Program-made: the position numbers and the translations under genes
The notes under the pieces: generated by a model
The model's database searches: none
Told to the model about the DNA's origin: nothing
Seen by the model: the letters and a program-made list of their open reading frames with translations, nothing else
Shown here: positions 51,197-64,000 of the stretch, piece by piece
How positions within the stretch are numbered: the first letter of the stretch is position 1
Layout of the letters: each line of letters starts with the position of its first letter
Assembly (NCBI RefSeq): GCF_964204645.1
Contig: NC_134033.1
Location: 5,666,231 to 5,730,230, forward strand
Reading direction: 5' to 3'
DNA length: 64,000 bases
Origin: Tubulanus polymorphus
Taxonomy: Eukaryota; Animalia; Nemertea

Positions 51197-54100
51197 TTAA
51201 TCGATATTTTGCGACTTGTCGTGGAACACGGCCTTAATCCGCGCCGTTGCTGCAGTCGAGGGCCTAGGGTCGCCCTCGCTGACTAGTGACTCGTCGGACG
51301 ACATGCGCATGATTTCGTCGTAGAGCCGTTCTTGTTCTTGTAGATACTTGGCGCGCCAGCGACGGTACTGGCCGAGCGCGATGAAACTGAGATAGACGAC
51401 GACGACGCAGATCAGCGACACGACCCCCGTGATGGCCAACTCGGGAATGTCCTGTTTCAACGAGGCGCCGTACACCTCCACCGAAAACCGGGTGCGCAGG
51501 TCGCAAAAACTGTAAATAGAAAATACCGCGTACAACAACACTATATTGAAACCGCGACATCTGCAATGTCCGTGAGATGGCGTGACAATAACTCAGTCGT
51601 AGTCTCACTCCGTATAGCATGGAAATGTTTGGTCGTAAAATGAATTCCTAATTCTAATTCCTTACGTTCTCAAGTTCGTTGTCAATGAACTGGATTTTTA
51701 AGCTCCCGAATTACGTACTTTATCACGGGACCAACCAAATACGCATTACATACATGTTCCTACTCATTGATTGGTACGGTTAGGTTCAATCAAAATGTAA
51801 CTGTAATGGAGAAGAAATCGAACGCAGAAGACCGTGTAACTACAAGCGACACCTGGTGGATCCTCAATTGCCATAAGTGGAGTTGACGATTTCCGCAGTA
51901 GCGTTGAATGTTGCTGACTTGTGAAACACTCTTGAAACGATGATATGAAATATAAATACAGCTCCAAAGCCACAACCTTTCAATTGTGGTGACCGGCTGA
52001 CCAATGGGGATTTAATTTGATAGATTCAGCCGAGGTGCGCTATTAGCTCTATGCTATTATAACTTTATTGCCACTAGATGGCGAAGTAGTCATTCCCGTC
52101 TGATTGGATTTGATCAGCACGGTCTTATACTGTCTTACAGTCGTTTAAATGCACTACAACTCGTAGAACTAATGGAAAAAATGATAGAATTTCATAAAAT
52201 TCGTTTTTCCACGATAAGTGAATTATGGTCTGGTGGGATTTCTGCATTTATGAAAGGATTTCGATGCTCGAACAGTTATCGAGGAAAATAATAAAAGGGG
52301 TTTTTTAGAACACTTTAAGTAATAATGTGATATAAGATAGTCAATATTGCTGTATATGGCTATTAGGATAAAGTCAAAACTGGTGGTTCTTGGACCATAA
52401 GCAACTATTGATTAGTTAATTAAGCCCAACGTTTTTTAAACGAAGTCAATGAATCTTACCTGTAATCGGGATCGACTACGATAGCCTCGAATATGAAAAT
52501 ACCGTTCAGATCTGTGAATTCGACTCTGTTCGGGCAGTCCGCGCACAACACCTCGAACTGGTCGTCGAAACTCTGATTGCGCTGATTCGGAAAGTTGTTC
52601 GCTTTCGTACAATTCACGTAATTCTGTCGATAAACAATCAAAACCGAGAACATCATTCACAAAACGTGGGGCGTATCATTTTGGATGTAGAACGGTGCGA
52701 ATGATTGAGGCTTTTTCTTCCTAGTTCATGCCCGGTACATGTGTACAAGTAAACGTTGCCCAACTCGGACAATTGAAGATGATTTATGACTAACCATGTA
52801 AGACAAAAAAGAAATCATCATCTGATTTCTAACTCGGAACTGACTAACATCGGACTTATTTTGTCGGGAGCATTCACAGTCATTTACGACCTAGACGAGG
52901 TTTACTGTGAAATATGCATCGTCCCTCGAAATGGTTCAAACGCTGAGGTTTGCAATTAAAATTGCACATGGAAGATTTCGCCGAGGTCACCTCGGAAAAC
53001 CTGATCAAGGTAACTTAACTGCGCCTTGTCGTTTGAGTATCGGGAGCTCTTCTGGCGTGAGGGTACTTACGAAGGATCTTTTTGAATCGTCAGGTCTTTC
53101 ATCGAAACGTATCTCTGCCCAAAACAGGGCGAGGATGGTAAAACCATTTGGGAATTCAGGGTTATAGGCCATAGGATTAGGACGAATGTTATTTTTCTGG
53201 TTCAGGCAGTACGAGGTTTAGGGCACTATGCACCTGTCCGGTCCGGGCAATGTAATCGAGTGCTCATGAGAATAAGTAGACTAAATGGTTGAGGGGATAT
53301 GTACCTGTCTGGTCTCAGGCAGTGTAAGGATTAGGGCACTATTTACCTGTCTAGTCCAGGCGGTGCGGGGATCTGGGTTCGTCTGTTGTTGTAACATGGT
53401 TTTCCACGACTGTGTCGTTTGCTTACAGCGAGCCTCGCTGAACGTTTGCCCGTACTTGTACGCGTGGATTCCGTTGATTTCGTACAGCACGAAATCGGCC
53501 TTGATTTGCTCGATGAATTTATCGCCATCGTACCTACATATAATGTAATGCATATAAAGCAAAAACTGTGGACTTCGCCACTCATACCCTATGCTCGCTC
53601 TGTAGGTGCCTAGCGTCATAAGGCTTTTCCCCGTTCCTCCCTTAGTAGATATTGAAATCTTTAGGTATCATGGGACTCAGTGACGGTACAACCCTAGTAG
53701 ACACATCCTCAAATCAGCAGGGATCTAATGTCACAGCACAAACCCCTAACCTATTAGACACATCCTCCCTCAGCTGGGATTCAAACTTGATGACATCATG
53801 AGACTCTGTCAAGAACTTTTGTCGTTCCAGGACTCAAAACTAAGTTACGAACAAGGACAGATCATTCTGAATCGACGACCAATCAGGGGTCGATCTTAGA
53901 CTGGGACCATGCTTTATCAATTCCAACTTACAAATCGAAAGTCGGCAGGAACGGCTCGAAAACGTAAGCTTTGATCGGACAGCCGTATTTCAAGTTGTTA
54001 TAGTGAAGTGACAGCGATTCACTCGGTTTTCCGTTGATGCCTCGAAGAAACGTCAGGTCGTAGTCGGCAGGCGTTACCGTGTAGTCATAGTTCTTCAGTT

Positions 54101-57100
54101 TAGCGCAGGTTGTCGCGTTACTCCGAATCTTGATGTGCTTACTGGGAGGGCATCCAACCACTACATTACCAATCTATAGACACAAAGTGAATGATGCGTA
54201 TTGTAAAATGTTTCACGAATTTGAGTGGTTTAGTAAGAAAGAATCTATGAGCTTCTACCAAACTCTCAATCCCTTCAGAGTTTAAAGGAGAGTTCACCAA
54301 GAACTTCCACCGAAGCTGCGAGGGGAATTTCCCAAAAACCCATTGTAGCTGTTCTCGGCTGTTCCATCATCCCGCCACTGCTGTAATGGGTTCATCAATG
54401 ACCCATCATCAATAACCCAGGTGTCTGTTCTAGACTTTCACACCCACCACGGCTGTGAGAGTTCATTAAGAACCCACGTGTTTGGTCTAGTCATTCACAC
54501 CCACCACACCTTTGCAGGCACCAAGCTTGGAGAGAGGGGGTGACTCACCGCTTGTGAAGCCCCCGAGTCGCATTCTAGACTCGGATGAACGAGTGATGAT
54601 CTGAGCCCGAGCAGCCCGTCCTCGCGAACACCAGCGTCGTGTTTATTCTCCTGGGTAAGCGACGTCAGCAACACCTGCGTGTGCGTGCCTTCCATAGTGA
54701 TCTCATTCTTCGCGTACTCGGATCGCACTTTAACCAGGTGCTGATTAGATACGCTCATCTTGAAAAAAAATACTACATTTTTCATTACATTCATAACAAA
54801 TTTGGATGGGGGGAATAACGGCATGTCCATCAGAAGGGTCGTGGTTATGACTGGAATCAACTGGAATTGGTATAGTATTAAAAGTACCGGTATCTGGGTC
54901 TAAACTGTGGATAAGTTCCATGGTTGCGTGTAAGAGTTTGGCACTCAATACTGCAGTCGACAACCAATATATCACCCACATCGGTGATTTAGTATTGTGA
55001 CGGTATCGCTTTACCATATACTCTTTCTAGTTTTTACTAGAGTTCCGACTATAAAATGTGTTCAGTTCTGGCGTTAAGGTGGCGTTTGGGACCCTGTCAC
55101 AATTGTGTGTAAAAATGTCCTGGAAATTTTCGAAATTGCTACTTAACGTACGGTTAGAATGTTATCCTCCCAGGTTTTAGCGGTCAACGTCGTCTCCAAC
55201 AGAAACAGTTCGCCCTTATCTATGTACAGCAACTCGCGCGTGTAATTCGTGTCCAGGCTTTGGTACCGACAACGCTCCAAAGGTGGCGTTACGGCGAGCA
55301 TTTTGTCGTGGACGAGCATTAGATGTCGCTTGAATCGCGCAGGGCGGTCCGACTCCAGCTGGATCGGCTGCAGGACTTCGATGTTGCCGTTTTCGGTGAA
55401 CGACAGCAGAGATCTGTTGTTTACCAGGTAGTCAGAATCGATGATCTAAATCAGAGAAATAAAATAACATTGATATGGAATATAATCAATTACAAGATCC
55501 CCATAGATGGCTGGTTACGTGAATCCCCCTATGGCATCATCAAAATGCTGCTAGAGGCATCTATGGTGCCAGAGATCTTTGTTAGAAAGTTCGCTTTCAA
55601 GAGATCATATTGTCGTAGTTAAGGTGGCTGCCCGCAGGAATCCCCGTATGACATCATCAAAATACCGATGCACGCCAAGCATACATTTCAAGCAAGAACG
55701 TTTTTGCGATGATTGAACTCGATTCGTACTGATGGCAATTTGATGACCGTCGAAGAGGTTTATCACCTGCATAGCCTTGATAAATCAAATCAAACGTCTT
55801 CGATAGTAAATTCACTCTCACGATCAGGAGGGTTAGAACATTGCAAATGGTAGCTACAAAAAAAGAAAGTAGCGTTGCCTACCTCGGTAGCTAGCGTTCT
55901 GAATCCCTCGCGTCCGAACAGAATCCGATCATCCGTCGTCAAGGCGGCAAATTCACCGGATTCAGCTGAAAGAAAAACAATTAATCGGAAATTGTGAAAT
56001 CATTACGAATCTACCGAACATGCGTCTTGAAATGATGTAGGGCCTACTGGTGTATTTGACGTTTGGCCCCGAGTATAAATATCATCATACCAGACTCCAA
56101 AACGATATGAAATCGACTTTACTATCATCGTAAGAGGAGATGATAGACAATTTCTGTATGAGATGAATCGCGTAAGCAATCCAAACTAAGTCAAGAAAGA
56201 TACGTCAGACGGTTCTTGAAGCATATGAATATTACGTCATTACGATATTCTACAACAAGAGCTTTTTTTATGTTTTCTTTCTCTGAATTTATCGAGTGAT
56301 TTCTCACGGACTTCTCTCCGTGTTTGGCAAATAGAGTTTTCATTCATCGAATTGCTTTATTCAAAAAGAGTAAAGTTGCATCGACTTTTCTGACGTGTAG
56401 CCACTTTTATTTGACGATGTTTTTGCTAACTTGGTCTGCTAAGAATCCAATCAATTAACGCATTATAATGTAGGAGACATATGGTCGGAAACTGTTTGAT
56501 TTTATGCGCGATCTCACAATCACTTCGAATTTCCCTGATTTCAGCCATTTTACATCATTCCCTGAATATTTCAAAGAAAAGAAAACTCCCAGACTTCTGC
56601 CTGATTTCCAGGTATTATATTTAAGTGTTTGAAATTTACTTGGAAGAAAACAGATGCACCGAAGATCACTTGCGCAATATCGGCCAGCTAGATTGAATCA
56701 GCTTATAGTGTATGCCGCCAGATTTCCGCTATAAATCATGGTATATTCATTATTAAATCAATGTCAACCACGTGTGGTCGTTATGAACGATGTTCTGACA
56801 GCTGGTCGACGTCGCAAATAACGACACAACTTAAAAGCGCCCTCAACCGGCATGAAGCCTCCATAGCTCAGGGGTTAGAGCACTGGTCTTGTAAACCAGG
56901 GGTCGAGAGTTCAAATCTCTCTGGGGGCAGAGCATTTTTTATAATTTTGTAAGAAGGGGACTAACTTACACGTTATTACTTGTCGTAGTTTCTCCGAAGG
57001 AAGGAATATATTCGCACCGGCGACGCTTCGACTGTCCGCGTGAAACTCAATGGGTAACACCGTCTGACCTGCCATGTAAAATGATATTAATTATGATAAT

Positions 57101-60100
57101 CAAAATGATACAAAATTGCAATTCTAAGATGTTAGCCTCTCCCTTAAAACAGGGACTCGTATTTTCTTAGTGATATTAAATAAACAAGTGTTTTTGTATG
57201 TCTTCAGAAAGAATTGTGTGGAATCAAGGCGATCATCAACAAATCCGCAAGATATCATTGGTCGCAAATTCTGCGATCGTCCTCAAATATAAAACAACAT
57301 CTCAAAATATTCGATATCAAAGCTTTATGTTTTATAATGATATACATGTATATCGCTTCTATGTAGGGAAGGCCCCATCCCCCTTGCCAAGATAACATTA
57401 ACGCATGGAAACACGTGTGCAAAAAATGTAAAATTCAGTATCCTGCAGATAACTATTAGGATATAGTCGAAATGTTTAATAAAATACTAGCTCAAGGAAA
57501 CATTTTCGGACTTCATATTAATTTATAATCGTTATTATTTTCTAATCATTGTCAAAGCACGGATAAAATATCTTATTGATAGTGCTAATGCGTAAAAATA
57601 ATTTGTCCTGATTTTTTTTTTCAGGCCCTCAAATCCGCCCTAAAATGCTTCAGCGCACGCTGTTCATTGTGCCAGTGCCAAACTTCGACTAGGATATTTT
57701 GACCCCCGATGTTCCCGGGGCCATTTCCTGAAAGGTTGGGTAAAGATAATCGGCGAAACAATACGAATGTTGTATGAATGAACTTTTAATTGTCACATTT
57801 CAACTATCCACTGGTTAACTATAACAAACTTTTTAAGCAACTGCAGCCTCACTGCATCAGCCACTGCTATGTAATCTCGACACAAGAGTCAAGTGCGGCT
57901 ATAACACAGCCGTGGGTTCTTCTTGAATCGATCCCCGAACCGCTACGCTATGGGTGATTGTTCTAGAGTATCATTATTCAAAACTTACCGGCATTGGGAG
58001 AATAGTAGAGTTTGTTATCGTCCCACAGCAGCAGAGATCCGAATTCGCTGACGAATTTCACAAATCTCAAATCGACGGTTGCATTACTGATCGTAAACGG
58101 CAGCGTGGTCGGAATGCTGTAATTATCAGCCCTGTAACTCTGCCTCGAAAATATACCCTGTAAATAAACAGTCACACACTGTTAACTCATCTCCAGTTCA
58201 GATGCACAGTCTTCCGCCTAAGTCTAGATTCACACGCGATTCGACTAGTTGCGATATTTATCTTTTATCTGACCTTAGATCTAGTTCCGCACCTATGTGG
58301 TTTACATTTCACTCTGAATCCAGTTCCACAGTTGTGTGGGTTTGATTTGACTGTGGTCTCTTTTCCACAATTGTGTGGATTTCATTTGCCGGTGGATCAG
58401 TTACACAGTTGTGTGGGTTTGATTTGACTCTGGACCCAGTTACACAGTTCTGCGGGTTTGAGTGGACTCTGGACCCAGTTCCACAGTTCTGCGGGTTTAA
58501 GTAGACTCTTGATCCAGTGTCCACAGTTGTGTGGTTTGATTGGACTCTTGAACGAATTCCACAGTTGTGTAGGTTTAACTTAACTCTGGTTTCTGTTCCA
58601 CAATTGTGTAGATTTCATTTGACTTTGGATCCAGTTGCACAGTTTTGCGGGTATAAGTGGACTCTGGACTCAGTTCCACGCCGGGCAATTGTTTGGTTAA
58701 ATTCGACTCTTGATCCAGTTCCACAGATGTGTGGTTTGATTGGACTCTTGATCGAGTTCCACAGTTGTGTGGGTTTAATTTAACTCTTTGCCTTAATCTA
58801 CAAATGTTCGACAACTGAGGAATTGGATCCAAAATATTAACTCATCGATGTAGTTATACTAACATACTCATGTTATGACCACATTATACACATACTTGAT
58901 TTCCGATCTTTTTCAAGCCTATGATACAGTCAAATGACCTAGTTAGTGCCATACCATAAATCGGACCCTGAAATGAATCATTAAACGTAGATTAAGTAAA
59001 TACAACGTACTGTTAGATCGAATGTGTGTCAATTGGTGATTTGATTGAGAATACAAACCTGGATATTCACATCGAACTGTTTCGCTTGGAAAGATTTGCC
59101 GCCATCTTCAGACAAATAGAATCCGCTGCCGTCTGACGCCTGGTCGTAGGCGACGACCAGTGGTTTCACCAGACGACACCAGATGTCGCTGACGCAACAA
59201 AACGAAGCGACGACCCTGTTGACGGGTGACCCTAATCCTAAAATTTATTCGACAATGAGAACTTTGTAAATTATGGTCTAAAGTTGTAATGTATAGGGCA
59301 GGGGCAGGCCTTGTGGGAGTCTCGGGGTCCGGAGCCTTCGGATCTGCCCTTATAACCTATATCATTAATAGCTGCAAATTTAGCATTCACTCTTCACTTC
59401 TGCCAGAGATACCCTACTTTTTTCTGAGAATTGACCTTACTTTTCTTTTATATCCCCACCACCTTCAATTCAGCCTGGATCGACCCCTGTGAAGGTGACG
59501 CTCTACATGGCAATTTGAATCGCTATTTAGCAAGGCTTTGGTGCAAAAACCATTGAATGTCCTTCATATACATGTACACTATTCATCATTTGATTTTGGC
59601 GCCGGTTGTTTGATTAATTATGACTTTGAACTCCAGACCAGTCTAAAGACCGCCTTAGTTACATATAGCCAGAATCTAACAAACACATGATACTCGTGAG
59701 TACCGGTATTAAAGATTTAGGGGAACATTGTGAAGATCTGTTTCGATTCAGCGTTTTGATGAAGTGATATCATTTGACTCACTTACCAGTGCTCGCTACA
59801 GCGGTTCTATCGTCTATTGTATATATGACGACCTGCCCTCCGGCCGCCATTATCAAATGACCGTTCTGTACCACTAATGACGTCACTGTTCCCTGAAATA
59901 AATCGTGCTTAATTACATCAGGTTCAAAACATGGACTAAAAAAAGAAGTCCACGATCAAATAAAAAGTTTTCGAATATTCATTTTTCTATTTTGGACAAA
60001 GAAGCAAGAAAAGAGGGCGGACGTTTTTTTTTTCACGGGTCGTTTAGCCACTAAACTCTTTAAGCCCATCAACAGGGCACAGCAAATAAATGTTCGTTTC

Positions 60101-63100
60101 ATTTCAGAAATTTATGTCGTGGAATAGTCTTTGATGCTTACGTTTATCATAGTTGAAGCGAGGACGAGCGGTCGAGCGCTAGTGCGAAATCCGTCAACGC
60201 TTATATATATTCCATGCCTGCGTGTTAGAGAGAAAAAAACAATTCGTGATCTTCCAGAAGTGTGGAACGTCGGTTTTTCGAGAAAATCACTATAATTCGA
60301 TCACATCTCACAATGTCGGCCTCTACAGACCAGGCACGGTATCTTTAATTGTAGTAGTTATCAAAAAAATTGACTTCAATATTGTCGTTTAATCGAAAAA
60401 TGGATAGAAATTATTCGAATTTTGAGAGTATTCATGGGAGTCAGTTGGGCTCTAAAAAGAGTAGCAACTACTCTGAATTAAGAAGATTGGTATAGAGGAG
60501 CCGTGTTAACCGGGTGTAGAATAAATACACCGCGACGAGTAGTACTTTAAAGGTTGGGCCTTATTAATCTTATTAAGCTCAAGTGCGTCAGCTAAAATAG
60601 TTAACCTATAGGGCCTTCCCGTTGTATTCATTCTCAAATAGTAATCGTAGTCAGGTCCGAACCAGAGCGACCGCGGGCTCAATCGCGAGGACCAAGACCA
60701 ACTGACATTCGGTTTCGCTTAGTTCGCAAATAGCAGACTAATTACGGAACCTAAGTCAGTCTAGGCGATGAGTTAGATTCAGAACTTAGTTCTGAATTTA
60801 GTCTGAATTTAGAGCGATCCAGTGGAACTGGGTCCAGACCTTTTGAAATCTGCAACGTCTTTTGGCTGTTATCCTCTTGATTCATAAATTTGCGGGAGGA
60901 AGGGTCTGCGTTTATATTTGAACCTGTAGAATTCTTACCAGACATAGACGAGAGTTCGACGGTCGCACCAGTCCTGTTCGAGGGTCGGATAGGGCACATC
61001 GGCTTCAACGAATTCCTGCACAGTGGGAAAAAAAACAAGTTCACGAATTAAATTACGTTTAAATGCAGAATAGAAAATAATGAACAGGTTATGGTTAAAC
61101 GGTAGTAATTTCGTAACGGTAGTTAAGTCTTTTTATATCACTTTTTTACATCTAAGCAAATCGACAAAAATCAAACATCAATGTTTTGGTTTGATTGCTA
61201 TTTGTTATTTCATGTCTTCAATCCGGTGACGACAGGAAAAAAATCATTTTACCCGATTTAAGCTTAAAGTGTTTCATGAAACTAAGCCCTGATTATTTGA
61301 GATCGATTTGAAAGGAAACTGTTTTCTAAGCTTATGCCTTATAATGCGATATTTAGAGGAATTCAATAGTTGAATCATGTTGTTGGACATCGAACTGTTT
61401 ATAAGCCTACCTGACCAGGATTGAGTGTTATAACACGTGCTTCCAGGTGTTCGAATATAACCGTCGATTCCAGCGAAACGGCGTTATTCTCCAGCTGAAA
61501 ACTAGAAAATTATAATCCAAGATAGAATATAATCCAATTTAGAATATCTTTTCTTTTGTAACTCTTGATGGTGATACATAACACAAGCACCAAGCTTTCT
61601 TTGTTAGTACCGTCCTCGCTGGCTTGTTCTTAGATTTTATATTTACATTATTGTAACGACATGTAAGTACCATACATCCTATTGTATGAACATAAAATGT
61701 AAAAGCAATTGCAATGGATAAATCTATCTAATAAATGAATAATTCTAACTCAAATTAAGGTTAAATTTCCTTTACGATATGAATGAGGCAGTAGGTCTAA
61801 GCGCATTTCCGCACTAAAATGCCCCAATGACAATATGATAAAGTCCGCTCATTAGTACCCAGTCCCTTGCAGATCTGCGCCCCTGTAAACTAATGACAGG
61901 ACCCAAAATAATACCCAACGACACTTGAAGGTTTGAAATAATTATCAGACTATGAGTTCGGTTCATTAGATAGTGATAGGCCCGGGCCCACTTGTATCAG
62001 TTTCAGTTTCAGTTCAGTTTCAGTTTAGTTTATTCACTCCACAAGTTATTATAACATTGCACAGAGCACAAAAGTAGCGCATAGATTACAGCATATTACA
62101 AAAAAATATAATGATATTATTAATAATAATTATATTTATAATCAATGTAAGGTATTTTCATTGGGATGTCGCCAGTAGTAACTAGGTATAAATTTGTTTC
62201 TCAGGCTTTGAAAAAAGGGACATACTAAAAGAAAATGGAATTCGTCTCCAGTTGCTGCCAAATGACATTTCTGACAAATTCTATGGTTTTGCTCAATCTG
62301 GCGATATCTACCGATTTCAATAGGTAACTTATGGTTCGAGCATCTGAATCGACACAAGGCTAGGCGGAGACTGGGGGGTAATTTGGTCAGGTACTCTTCG
62401 AATTTAAAACAGTTTTTAAAACGCTTGTAGGTTAAGCAAATTGGTGTTTCGTTGACCTTGGAGTGCCAGCCTTGTGCGTACTGATCCATGAGTCTCTGTT
62501 TCAAAATACTATAAAGATAATTAGTACTGGGTACAGATTGAGTTTCCCAAGCGTGGCCGAGACCATTTTTTACAAGAATATTTTTAACATTAAGAATCCA
62601 AGCGTTACTCCGACCGCCGTGGTGCGTTTGATAGATATATTTGTACATAAAAGAAGAGAAATGTTCAGTCTGATTTATCAATTTTGTCCAAAATTTAACG
62701 ATTCTCAATTTAACATAAATCGCTAAAGGATAGCGCCCAAGCTCACCGTAAATAAATACACTAGACGTAGACCTTTTCAATCTGAGTAAATATTTTAAAA
62801 ATTGTAGCTGAACAGGCTCGAGTACCTGTGTGTTCTCATATCCCCAAATTTCACAGCCAAACAGCAATATAGGTAATACCATACTATCATAAAGTTTCAA
62901 GGTCAGATCTAGGTCTAATGAATGTTCACTTGACTTTTTTAATACAAAAAATACCGCTTTCATAGCTTGTTCCGAAAGAGTTTTACGACATTGTGTGAAC
63001 GATCCAGTGTATGAAAAGATAATGTTACCTCTACAATATATGGAAATATTTGGGGGAAGGGGACGGGGGGCGTGAGGGCAGCCACATGCTCTTTTCAATC

Positions 63101-63732
63101 ACTTCATGGCCAGTGCCCGTACTCAACACAGTTGAAATCATTCATAAATCATATCCTCTCATGAAGGTTTGATTGAATTCAGTACCGGTTAGGACCTGGT
63201 TCACCCAGCCCTTGCAGTGGATGACTTTCTCAACAGTGATCTCCGTCGCTCTAGATCCTAGTGTAACCAACCACCCAGACACAGTGATTTAAAATAAAAG
63301 TATTAAGAAAATGTCGATCGTGCCATGTCTTACTAGACTAGTGTACAACAGACCCTAATAAAAGGTTCTTCATTATTATGAAGGACCTGGTACTGGTATG
63401 CTGGTACTGGTAGTTCTACGAATGAAAAACGCTGTCATTAGGGTAAATGCCCCTGCCCGCTAGATATTGCCTACGTCAGCGTCATAGCAGGGCCACCACA
63501 GAGGGAGCACTGCACAGCAGTGGTCGACGCCAACGACAGTCAGCGCTGACTGTGAGGCCGTAGCGTAGTTATAAAAACGCTCAGGTATCGGCCATTTATT
63601 TGTTATTGAATCAGTTTGTTATGTATTGTATTACCTCTCACAGATAGCCCTCGCTCGGGTACAATCACTTGACGAAGCTGTCACTGCACCTGATGCTAGT
63701 AGAAACCAGTAAAATAACCAACAGTTGCCCAT
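51197..63732 (-). CDS. CATSPERE: CatSper channel auxiliary subunit epsilon-like (CATSPERE/CATSPERD family), about 830-840 aa single-pass membrane protein
   Basis: Phase-consistent exons 61411-61494, 60939-61015, 60142-60217, 59787-59892, 59059-59237 (Asp-box SEDGGKSF), 58896-58967, 57989-58157, 56970-57068, 55883-55965, 55152-55445 (YIDKGE), 54549-54758, 53932-54173 (VGCPP...KYGCP), 53347-53533 (ADFVLYEING...C...QSWKTM...W), 52460-52623 (NYVNC...GIFIFEAIVVDPDYS), 51197-51509 (FCDLRTRFSVEVYG + TM). These motifs match what I recall of the CATSPERE/D C-terminus. Signal-peptide exon 63635-63732 (MGNCWLFYWFLLASGAVTA). Exon(s) around 63200-63420 are uncertain. Confidence 0.85.
56857..56929 (+). tRNA. 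tRNA-Thr (anticodon TGT)
   Basis: 73 nt. Acceptor stem gcctcca/tgggggc, D-arm gctc...gagc, anticodon arm ctggt-ctTGTaa-accag, T-arm gagag-ttcaaat-ctctc, discriminator A. Pol III T-run at 56935-56940. Confidence 0.96.
58280..58790. repeat. 39-bp minisatellite, same family as 48495-48910, in a CATSPERE-like intron
   Basis: About 13 diverged copies with the core ccagttccacagttgtgtgggttt. Confidence 0.9.
61997..63023 (-). mobile_element. 3' fragment of a related LINE (RT C-terminus) in a CATSPERE-like intron
   Basis: ORF 62142-63098 from IIFSYTG onward aligns with the C-terminal part of 9800-12016 (FGCEIWG, YGELGRYPL, RFRCSNHKLPIEIGRY, CxxC..GDEFHF..CP). On the - strand, AATAAA is followed by an (AAACTG)n tail at about 61997-62033. 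Confidence 0.9.
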
Positions 63733-64000
63733 GTTTTCTGCGTAAACAACGACAACGTGGAGAGTTTAAACTACGCGCGCGTGGATCTCATAGATGGCGC
63801 TAGGTGACGGTGCGCATTTGCCGTGACGCGGAACCGGACGCAATGTCGCGGGCTGCCGGCCGGCGTCTCGGCGTCTCGGGTAACGAAACAATCTGAAACA
63901 CCGTTGAAACAACCGATAAAAAGGGTAATTTCTAAAAGAAAGAAACGTCGATTACCTTTCGGATAATCAAAATTGAAGTTGTATCGTAATCAGGAGACAA

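Noticed and set aside
48495-58790. CRISPR-like appearance of the 39-bp arrays
   Set aside because: Units are contiguous with no unique spacers, there are no cas genes, and the context is eukaryotic introns.
63024-63098. N-terminus of ORF 62142-63098
   Set aside because: Flanking sequence read through in frame. LINE homology begins only at IIFSYTG.

Overview
Eukaryotic (animal, most likely marine invertebrate) genomic DNA with GT-AG spliced genes. I reconstructed the exons by hand from splice signals and reading-frame phase. Left to right: an intronless class A GPCR (-); two complete 5-exon secreted CAP/PR-1-like genes (+), the first with a 3.3 kb 5'-truncated LINE in its last intron; an orphan CAP first exon and a GPCR pseudogene split by two back-to-back PIF/Harbinger-type MITEs, indicating an old duplication of a head-to-head GPCR-CAP unit; three secreted laccase-type multicopper oxidases with identical exon structure, two ending in Gly-rich ...GGAGGY tails; a 7-exon trypsin-like protease whose N-terminal exon encodes a beta-defensin/clip-like six-Cys module; and a CatSper auxiliary subunit epsilon/delta-like gene of about 17 exons (-) with an intronic tRNA-Thr(TGT). 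Non-coding highlights: a hammerhead ribozyme motif in a Penelope-like inverted repeat inside a CAP intron, a perfect (GTCG)63 microsatellite, a conserved splice-spanning uORF in two laccases, MITE-related 39-bp minisatellites and several SINE/LINE/LTR remnants. The best candidate for a new system is the laccase cluster plus the adjacent defensin-module protease and CAP proteins as a co-secreted matrix-curing or defence module. That functional link is inference only.
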